Of a DNA stretch of 54,004 nt, positions 34,212 to 54,004 are shown one piece after another (the first letter of the stretch is position 1; each line of letters begins with the position of its first letter). The translations under genes were made by a program, and so were the position numbers. Below the pieces are notes generated by a model, which was given only the letters and a program-made list of their open reading frames with translations, was not told where the DNA came from and searched no databases. Source of the stretch: Octopus bimaculoides (Eukaryota); the NCBI RefSeq assembly GCF_001194135.2, contig NC_068992.1, positions 56,113,264-56,167,267 of the forward strand, in the 5' to 3' direction.

Positions 34212-35550
34212 CTTTGTTAATGTTAGACTTTTCTAAAGTCATCGAGTTGCTAAGCTGATATTTTGATGTATAAAAATCATGTTTAAAAATCTGCAAACAC
34301 GTTATTGGATTTTTAAACATCACAGTGGTTCCTATATTACAAAATCTAAAATATATTGCTTTTTAATTTGTATTCATTTCCTAACTTGACATTTTCCTGT
34401 TTTTAATGTTCACTACATTAAATTTAATAGCTGTGTGTGTACAGAAAAGTGAAGTGAAAACTATGCGCAGTTGACACACTTAAGCAGTCACTGAAATTTT
34501 TTCTGAAATGAAAGCTTACAAGGCCGAATCTATATGAATCACTTAATGTTTAACTTTTTTCCTGCATTGTTCAATTTTAGAAGTGATTCGGTCAAAGTGG
34601 TGTAACACTTTGACTAGTTCAATCCTAGATGAGGTTTTGCTAATTACAAACCAGTCTTTTCCTCCAATCTTACTGGAATGTATTGTTTACTTGAGTTCAA
34701 TGAGACTCCTGAAACAAGAATTCAGCATTTAACAACTGAAAGTTAAAATGAAAAAAAAAAAGAAAAAAAAACCAGTGAAAATAAAACTAAATATAGTTGG
34801 CTTTGTTCATAGTTTCTAAAATTGATTAGCTTTATGATGATATTTGTGGGAATTGGTAAATATAAACAGGGAGATTCTTACATTTAGTTGGAGTAATTTT
34901 TGTATTTTAAAAATTAAATTGTGATGACNNNNNNNNNNTTTATCAGTTGTGCATGTTCTGTTAAAAAGAAAAATCAAACTCAACTCCATTGCTATCAAAT
35001 AAAATTGCATTTCATTATTGAAGTTATTATATGTTTGTTCAGGTGTTTTTGTGTCTTGTATTTTCTTACAGAAAATGTACGTAAAGTTTGTTTCTTCTAT
35101 TTAAATTTTAGAAAATCTGCCAAGAAACCTGAGAATACCATCAAAACTTTTATAGTTAGGGGCCTCTGTTGGTTTGGGATGATCAGTTATCTGCACACAT
35201 CTAGGCTTGGGCAACACTTTTTTGAGAAAGACTGGCAGTTCCCTGTGTATGCAAATATCTCCACCTCACTGATGTTATCCATTGAAAAAGCTGATTTAAA
35301 CAGATTCGTGCCCAACACTAAAATTTCTAATTGACCAGGAAAAGTTGACTTTGGGTCATCTTGAACTTGGAGTATAGTTAAATTCCACGAGACCTTTTAA
35401 TCTGTTACTATACAAAATACTGTTCAATGTTGTGCTGGGGCTTTCTTTTGGTTTCCATGGTTTTATGCAAATGAAATAAATCTCCTTAGGTAAGATGGAT
35501 GCCAATCAATTGAAATATTTTCTGCAGCTAGCATTGACCTTCACACTGCC

Positions 35551-35593
<43 letters not shown>

Positions 35594-36175
35594 GTTTTAA
35601 CAGTGATATTTGCTTATAGTGAACTAATACAACCCTTGCACCTACTCTGTAAGATGGACTCAACCTTTCACAAAAGGTTTTGGTTGTAACATTGCAATGC
35701 TTCGTCAGCAACTCCTAGATCTACACAGGTATGATGGGTTTTGATAGACAGGGTATCATTGTACCAACATCAGATGAACTACAAGTCTCCTAACTTTACA
35801 TAATCATGATAGAAACTAACAAAGTATCCAGAATATGAAATGAAATACAAGGCCACAATTTTACTTAGGGACATTGATAATATTCGTCTGAATATATGTA
35901 GATGTGCCAACAAAACTTTCATAGGAAAAACTGTAAGGTGTTGTAAACAGTTTAAATAGTTGGTTACAAAGGAAAATATTGCAAGCTATGATTGAGGTGC
36001 TTCCCCACTGTCAACTCAGTTATATGCAGTCAATATCCTGCATTATATATTCCTTGAAAGAGATGGGTTTACAAATGTTGAAAATAGGGACCTTGGTTCA
36101 AAATTCTCACTACACTTTGCTGTAATCCATTCTACTCTGCTACAGTTCTGGCTCCATGTACAGCATTAGTGACAG

Positions 36176-36375
36176 AAAAACAAACAAAAACAATCCCAAC
36201 ATCGCTTGACAACCGATGCTGGTGTGTGTACGTCCCGTAACTTAGCTGTTCGGCAAAAGAGACCGATAGAATAAGTACTAGGCTTCCAAAGAATAAGTCC
36301 TGGGGTCGATTTGCTCGACTAAAGGTGCTGCTCCAGCATGGCCAGTCAAATGACTGACACAAGTAAGAGTATTGA
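36176..36375 (+). mobile_element. SINE second-family 3' half, fairly young
   Basis: catcgcttgacaaccgatgctgg...ggcaaaagagaccgatagaataagtactagg; CpGs retained. Confidence 0.75.
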
Positions 36376-36645
36376 TATTTATTTTGACTCCCTTTACTTT
36401 CCAGAAGGAATGAATTCTTTTGCATCCGCACGTGCATGCGTGCGTGTGTGTGCATGCATGTGTCCACATGCGTGTACGTATGGGCATGTGTGCACATGTA
36501 CACGAGTCTATTTTGAGTGAATCCAAATAAAAGCTTTCTACAAAGACAATGTTAATAGTCTGTTTTACAGGTACTAATTTTGAAACGCTGATATATTTAA
36601 AAATATTAATTTATATTTTCTTGTTTCTTCCAGTCTGTAAACAAA

Positions 36646-46931
<10,286 letters not shown>

Positions 46932-47036
46932 CTCCACTTTTTGCTCACATGTAGTCTTTCTAATGTCTTGTAAAGTGGTCCCACCTTCAGTTTTAGAGGA
47001 TTGCCTAAGCAGATGGAACCGTTGACGCCTGCTACA

Positions 47037-47051
47037 AATAAATTAAATAAA
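47037..47051 (+). terminator. GAPDH polyadenylation signals (AATAAA 47037-47042, ATTAAA 47042-47047, AATAAA 47046-47051)
   Basis: Overlapping hexamers about 105 nt after the stop, followed by T-rich sequence. Confidence 0.7.
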
Positions 47052-47789
47052 ATATGAAATACAAACTCCTTGTTTCTTTTCATTGTCGTTGGCTTCACCA
47101 CTGTTATTCTATTTTCACCCAGTTAATAGTATAGGAGTCATTTCCCTCATTTCAAATAACTTTTAATATTTATTTACATATTTTTACTTTGAGTTCAAAT
47201 TATAATCAGACGATTTTTGCTTTACATTTTCAAGTTTTTTTCACCTTTCTCTGAAGATGGTGGTATGTGGTTTTAAGGAATTTAATTACTATTTCTAGCA
47301 GGCCAAGCGCTCATGTAGAGGCTCATGTGGTGGATCAGCTCCAAAGGACTTTCATGCTGGTGTGGCTGTGGGGTTAACAAGTTTGCTTCCTAACCACATG
47401 GTTTCAAGTTCAGTTTCACTGCATATCACCTTGGGTGAGGGTTTTCTTCTGTAGTCCTAGGCTGACCAAAGCCTTGCAAGTGAATTAGGTAGACAGGAAC
47501 TGAAAGTTCATCATATGAATATTTCCCTCTTCGTTTTGGATTGGTATTTGGCAGCATCGAACAGAGAAATAAGCTGGTAAATAATCTGCCAACCCATGCA
47601 AATTAGCTGAAAATAGTGGTGATGATTGATGCTTGCAGTTCTGATGCATCTTGTGCATATACCAGTGATGTTATATTTTCTGCACATATTCACCCCCACT
47701 TGCTGCCCAACTGTGGTCTCAATTCATTTTGATTTTGTTATATTGGTTTCAAATTTTTGGCATAAGGCTTGCAATTTCAGGAAATTAGA

Positions 47790-49174
47790 TATAAAAAATC
47801 TACTGGCTATAGGAATTGACAATGCTAGAGTAATGATAGGAATCAACAATGGTGTTTTCCAGAAATTAAAATAAGTTCCATTATTACTTCTATTAAGATG
47901 TGTATGCCATTCTTTACAGTTGGCAGTATCCCACACTTGTGCTGAAAGCTTGCCTATAAATTTAGAATTTTTGGTATCCAAAACCTCTACAAACAACTTT
48001 ACCTTGCTATCAATGCTAAAGAACCTTTGAAGATCGTGAATTCTTTTACAACTAGGTGGCTGTCAATAGAACCAGTGGTAAATAGTATTTTAAGTCAATG
48101 GTTTGAATTGCAAACTCGCTTCCAAACTACAACTACAAAAGAAAAATGCTTTACAGCACAAACGTTACATAAAATGCTTTGTGATTCTAGGAATGAACTT
48201 TTTATTTTGGCATCCAATTTTAAAACATGTTCAGGAAGTGAATAAACTGTTTGAACCAAACACTGTTGACAGCAAAACTACTTGATGATCCTTCAAATCT
48301 GTTACATCATATGATAGTGTTGCCAACATGTAGACTTGATCTGGATGCTTTTATTGAAAAATTTCCAGATCCCAAACCAAATTTAGGCTACAATTTCGAG
48401 AGAAAGATAGCAGAAATGATTACCAAGAAGACTAACAGCCACCAAAGAAAGTAATATTCACATAAGAGCACAAAAATTTTTTCTTTGCTCTTTTATAAAG
48501 AGCTCAGATACAGTTTGCCAGGAAATATTAATATATTGACGAATAACAAATGTTTTTCAGTAGAGAATATTTAGCAACATTTCAAAGAGCCAATTTACCT
48601 GTCTTAGAAGCATGCATTTAAAGGAGGAAAAAATTACTTCAATTGAAATTCAGTTTAATAACATTCATTTAGTTAAATGGACAAATGCATCTAATACTGA
48701 GGCATTCTGGCTGGAAGTCTTGGAATATAAAGATGCTACTGGAGGAAATCCTTTCTAGAGATGTTACAAATTTTGCCATTAATCTACTGACATTGCCAAA
48801 CTCAAATGCAGAAGTTGAATGGCTGTTCAGTAGTATGGGTGTAATCAAATCAAAATTGAAAAGCAAAATGCATCTTCCTACGCTTGGATCAATACTGTCT
48901 ATAAAATATGGCCTGAAAAGATATGGCAAATGTTGCAAAAACTTCAATATTCCAAAGCAATTAACAAGATTGAGACCATGAATGTATACAGAAGTCAGGA
49001 CCTAGGCACTGCAGCTGAACGTGATCAGATCAGTGAAATTCAAGAAATTATTTCTCAATGCTGAATATAATTTAAGAAAGTGAATAAAAATTAAGCTTTT
49101 TGATATAATTAGTCTTTAGCATTTTTTTTCTACTGAAATTTTGCATAAAATTCTGATTTTAGTTGGCAACACTG
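47790..49174 (+). mobile_element. Decayed hAT-superfamily transposon
   Basis: Frameshifted peptides LLAIGIDNARVMIGINNG, TTRWLSIEPVVNSILSQW and LLTLPNSNAEVEWLFSSMGVIKSKLKSKM (hAT dimerisation domain); 3' terminus ttggcaacactg at 49163-49174. Confidence 0.8.
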
Positions 49175-49322
49175 GCAGGAATACTCATTTTTTGCCAGCC
49201 GAGTGGAATGAAGTGTATCGTCTGGTCCAGGAGTTGAAACCATAATCTTACGATCACAAGTTCAACATCCCTAACCACTAAGCCACGTTCCTCCACTTTT
49301 GATTTGATATTAAACATTCATA

Positions 49323-49728
49323 GGGCGGCGAGCTGGCAGAATCATTAGCATGCTGGGTGAAATGCTTAGCGGTATTTTGTCAGCCATTACGTTCTGAGTT
49401 CAAATTTTGCAGAGGTTGACTTTACTTTTCGTTCTTTCAGGGTCAATTAAATAAGTACTAATTACACATTGGGGTTAATGTAATTGACTTAATCCCTTTG
49501 TCCTTGTTTGTCCCCACTATTTGTCTTTGTGTACCATTTCTCCGTTTTTTTTCCGTCCTTGTTTTCATATACATTCGCTGCTTTCTACCAAGGAATCTAG
49601 TGCTCTTAGCCTAGTTTTTCCTTGGGGCTGGCCAGATTAGAGCAGTCTCGAGTATAACCAGCCGAAATTGCAGAGATGATCTGGAACTCGAATGAGGAAA
49701 GAAAACTCCGAATGATCCGTCCTTGTTT
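49323..49728 (+). mobile_element. SINE third family, near full length, running into a gap
   Basis: ggcggcgagctggcagaatcattagc...gttctgagttcaaatttt...ataagtac. Confidence 0.7.
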
Positions 49729-50287
49729 NNNNNNNNNNNNNNNNNNNNNNNNNNNNNNNNNNNNNNNNNNNNNNNNNNNNNNNNNNNNNNNNNNNNNNNN
49801 NNNNNNNNNNNNNNNNNNNNNNNNNNNNNNNNNNNNNNNNNNNNNNNNNNNNNNNNNNNNNNNNNNNNNNNNNNNNNNNNNNNNNNNNNNNNNNNNNNNN
49901 NNNNNNNNNNNNNGTATATGAAAATATAGCGGCGTACGTACACTTTGGTCTTATATATATATATATATATATATATATACTACATATGTGGAAAATCGGT
50001 GCGTGTTTGTTTGTGGCGTTGTTAGCTAACTCCTCCTACATCGTTTTATTGATTTTGATGTAACTTGACACGGGTATAACTCATGTCTGGAAACCTCGTG
50101 ACATACTTAGATTTTTGCAAAAATCGATAATACGGCCCCTGGATGGGACCTTCATATATACTTCATATAACTAATTCTTTAAACACTCAAGGGAAATAAC
50201 TTATACCTCTCCACAATATTTTAAAAACAGTCAGGGGGAAATAACCCATTTCATTGTTTATGTTCGATTACTTTGAAATAACTAACT

Positions 50288-50425
50288 CGCCAACCTCCGA
50301 AAACCTCTCGACAACTTCCAACAACCTCTCTCACCAACCTCTGAAAACCTCTATCGACAACTTCCCTACGACCTCTCTTGCCAACCTCCGACAACCTCCC
50401 TCGCCAAACTCCGACAATCTCTCCC
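50288..50425. repeat. Degenerate C-rich tandem repeat (caacctc..gac units)
   Basis: Visible; accounts for the ORFs at 50251-50475. Confidence 0.6.
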
Positions 50426-52163
50426 TCATCACGTTTTCGTGACAGAAAATACACCTTTCTGATACACCTTTCCACTACAACTTTAATATAAATAACATGT
50501 TCTTGATATTAAACGTAGCAGACACTGCAGACGATGTCCTTAACGCTAATCAAGTATTTCCCACACAGGAAAGGTCTGCGACGCTGAGCTGTATGGATTG
50601 AAGAATAGGTGGACGTATTGCTGGGTTTGATAAAATTTAAGCCGGTTTAAATATTTTAATTCGTGACGAAGAAAGAAGAATGATATTAATCCTGATTAGT
50701 CAAGCAGCAATAGTAATAATAGTAGTCACCGTTGTCGTTGTAGAATGCGGGGATTGTTCTCATTAATATAGGGGATTGATGTTTGTGATTTGCGAAACCC
50801 TGCAACAACCTACAGTTTCTTCTGGAGTTACTCAGATTTGGTGGCTACTTCTTGCAGTTCGAGAAACTTATTCAAATCATAGAACGGTAGTATGTACGAT
50901 CAGTGTTGAAGTGTGCTTAACTTGCAACGATAACTTTGATAGAAATCACTGCATAGCAATACAATCAAGTGGCATAACTCTTGTAAAAAAAATGTATAGG
51001 TTACCTCCCTTGTAAATAATTGCTTATGAAAGGGATGACCAGAAATTTGTGCGGATGAAGATAGTTTCTCTCNNNNNNNNNNNNNNNNNNNNNNNNNNNN
51101 NNNNNNNNNNNNNNNNNNNNNNNNNNNNNNNNNNNNNNNNNNNNNNNNNNNNNNNNNNNNNNNNNNNNNNNNNNNNNNNNNNNNNNNNNNNNNNNNNNNN
51201 NNNNNNNNNNNNNNNNNNNNNNNNNNNNNNNNNNNNNNNNNNNNNNNNNNNNNNNNNNNNNNNNNNNNNNNNNNNNNNNNNNNNNNNNNNNNNNNNNNNN
51301 NNNNNNNNNNNNNNNNNNNNNNNNNNNNNNNNNNNNNNNNNNNNNNNNNNNNNNNNNNNNNNNNNNNNNNNNNNNNNNNNNNNNNNNNNNNNNNNNNNNN
51401 NNNNNNNNNNNNNNNNNNNNNNNNNNNNNNNNNNNNNNNNNNNNNNNNNNNNNNNNNNNNNNNNNNNNNNNNNNNNNNNNNNNNNNNNNNNNNNNNNNNN
51501 NNNNNNNNNNNNNNNNNNNNNNNNNNNNNNNNNNNNNNNNNNNNNNNNNNNNNNNNNNNNNNNNNNNNNNNNNNNNNNNNNNNNNNNNNNNNNNNNNNNN
51601 NNNNNNNNNNNNNNNNNNNNNNNNNNNNNNNNNNNNNNNNNNNNNNNNNNNNNNNNNNNNNNNNNNNNNNNNNNNNNNNNNNNNNNNNNNNNNNNNNNNN
51701 NNNNNNNNNNNNNNNNNNNNNNNNNNNNNNNNNNNNNNNNNNNNNNNNNNNNNNNNNNNNNNNNNNNNNNNNNNNNNNNNNNNNNNNNNNNNNNNNNNNN
51801 NNNNNNNNNNNNNNNNNNNNNNNNNNNNNNNNNNNNNNNNNNNNNNNNNNNNNNNNNNNNNNNNNNNNNNNNNNNNNNNNNNNNNNNNNNNNNNNNNNNN
51901 NNNNNNNNNNNNNNNNNNNNNNNNNNNNNNNNTAACACGGTCCAACAAAAAGAACCGATTATTTTTTTGCACTATTTTTTTTTTTTTTTTTACTTTCACA
52001 CGGTTTAAACATCTGCCCTTGTGTCACCACAGAATTTATTGCAAGCTGCAAGTAAACGATTAAGTAACATCAATCAATTATAATTTACAAAACGCCGAGA
52101 CTCTACGTAACGTGATTAAGTAACAATTTATCGAAGTAAAATAGAATCCAATCTATTTCCGTA

Positions 52164-53460
52164 TAGTGATCCCTCACTCTCCGGTGTGGGTGGGACCTAT
52201 GCACTGTACATGCCTATAGCTGCGTGTAACCGCTCCATCAGACGTCACGCGGCAGCTGCGTTAGTATCGGGTCTAATACAAAAGACGTGTCGCATGTTTC
52301 ATCCTCTGTTTTATTTTTTATTTGCGATCGTGATAGTGATAACCTACCCGAAAATGTCGGTTGATACATCTAAGTAAAATAAAAGAGCATCAATTTCTTT
52401 GGAAAACCAAGATCAATATTTTGGATCGTCTTCGTAAAAGTGAAAGTGTAGCGTCTTTGGGTAGAGCTTTCTGTCGGACTGAAACTACGGTAAGAACGAT
52501 CAAAAGGAATGCTGCTGCCATTAGAAGATCTGTAGCTTCTGGAACGAAATTATGTGCCAAGTTGTCGTCAAATGCAAGAGACATGATTGAAGAAAATGGA
52601 GAAAGCTTTAACAATATAGATAGAAGAAAACAATCGAAAAAGGATATCAGTAGATGGTAAAACCATAAAACAGATGGCATTACGATTTTATAAGAAGACT
52701 AATGATCTGGAGTTATCAAATGTGTTACATCTGTATAGTGATGAAAAGAGGAATGAATTTACTGCAAGAACGGGATGACTTACAATATTCCTCGAACGCA
52801 TTGCATAATATGAAAAATGAGAGGTGAAATTTCATCGGCAGATAAGACTGCTGCTGAAGCATTTCTTCCAAAACTAGCCAAAATAATTGAAGAAGACGGT
52901 TACATTTCAAACCAAGTTTTCAACGCAGATGAAACTGGTCTCTTTTGGAAAAAATGCCAGATAGAACGTGCATAGCAAAATCAGAGAAAAGTGCCAGTAG
53001 TCTTAAGGCAGTGAAAGACCATGTAACTTTCTTGTTATGTAGCAACACTTCAGGAGATTGTTTGTTAAAACCGTTATTAATTAATCGATCGGTTCGCCTG
53101 CGTGCAATGAAAGACGTAGACTTAAGTAAGTTACCAGTTCATTGGAGAGCCAATAAAAAATCATGGATGACAGCAGAAATATTTACTGAATGGTTTAACA
53201 ACTGCTTCGTTCCTCAAGGAAGAAGATATATGGAAGATAAGTTTGAGTTTAAAGTCCTTTTACTTATAGGCAATGCACCCGGTCATCCAGATTTGGAACA
53301 CCCGAATGTAAAAGTCGTATTCTTGCTACCTAATACAACATCGCTGATTCAACCGCTTGATTAGAGTATGATTTCAACATTCTAATCAAATTATATCCAG
53401 CGGACATTTGAATATATTATAGACGAACTACAAAAAGATGGTACACTTTCAACCATTCAA
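52164..53460 (+). mobile_element. Tigger/pogo DNA transposon, inactive, 3'-truncated
   Basis: TA plus tagtgatccctc TIR-like start; HTH region KINILDRLRK...TIKRN; DDE_1 motifs FNADETGLFWKKMP, WRANKKSWMT, LLIGNAPGHP (second Asp to Gly) and IQPLD*; several frameshifts. Confidence 0.9.
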
Positions 53461-53900
53461 GCATGGATCAGAGCTGGTGAATTGTGAGGGAAACATAAAC
53501 GCAGTGAATATGAGTCCATATTGCAGAAAGGACTCCTCCCAATCTTCTCCAGTAGTGAAATGATTAAAGAAGACTATTTATTTATGGAAGATGGGGCTTC
53601 TTGTTACATGGGTAAAAAGACACAAGATTTGTTGGAAGAGAATGTCATTAAAAAGTTTCTATTGCCAAATCAGTCACCAGATATGAACCCTATTGAACAT
53701 CTCTGGGGCATAATGGACATGACACTTTGTAAAGAACAAGAAAACATCCTCAAAGACAGATTTTGTGAGATTACTTAATGAAACTTGTCAAGAAATTCCT
53801 CAAGAGAATATTCATCATCTGATCAGTCGTATGCCTAATAAGGGCCTTGCATTGAAAAATGCAAAGAGCATGTCTTCTAGATATGAGATATTCACATTAT
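53461..53900 (+). mobile_element. Tc1 (DD34E) transposase C-terminal fragment
   Basis: FMEDGASCY...QSPDMNPIEHLW with exactly 34 residues between the second Asp and the Glu. Confidence 0.85.
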
Positions 53901-53925
53901 AAGGGTGTATATTTACGTCTGTCAT

Positions 53926-53972
53926 GTGTGTGTGTGTATGTGTGTGTGTATATGTATGTATATATGTATGTA

Positions 53973-54004
<32 letters not shown>
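53926..54004. repeat. (TG)n/(TA)n microsatellite
   Basis: Directly visible. Confidence 0.9.

Noticed and set aside
48315-48327. tagtgttgccaac as the left TIR of the hAT element
   Set aside because: It lies inside the transposase-coding region, with coding fragments upstream of it.

Overview
AT-rich, microsatellite- and retroposon-dense animal genomic DNA with eight N-gaps. The repeat families and the protein resemble a coleoid cephalopod such as Octopus, which is an inference from recalled repeat sequences. The only well-supported gene is an intact glyceraldehyde-3-phosphate dehydrogenase (GAPDH) on the + strand: 10 coding exons from 36646 to 46931, 337 aa, all introns GT-AG, with C152, H179 and the NAD-binding motifs present. 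The most interesting signal is an unannotated upstream exon at 26770-26880, missed by the 60-aa ORF track. It has a strong Kozak ATG, ends at a phase-0 donor and encodes an amphipathic coiled-coil-like helix. Spliced to the acceptor at 36634 it is in frame with GAPDH and would give a 41-aa N-terminally extended 378-aa isoform. Further upstream a CpG-retaining domain (about 17.4-23.2 kb) holds a candidate TATA/Inr first exon (about 18815-18867) and a cluster of ERR/NR5A-type TNAAGGTCA sites. The rest is decayed mobile DNA: mariner, Tc1, Tigger, hAT, MULE, RTE and RLE-type LINEs, and tRNA-derived SINEs. It includes palindromic MITEs with (TTAGGG)2 in the loop and a perfect 31-bp GC-rich minisatellite in the last GAPDH intron. 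No CRISPR array, rRNA or true tRNA gene was found.
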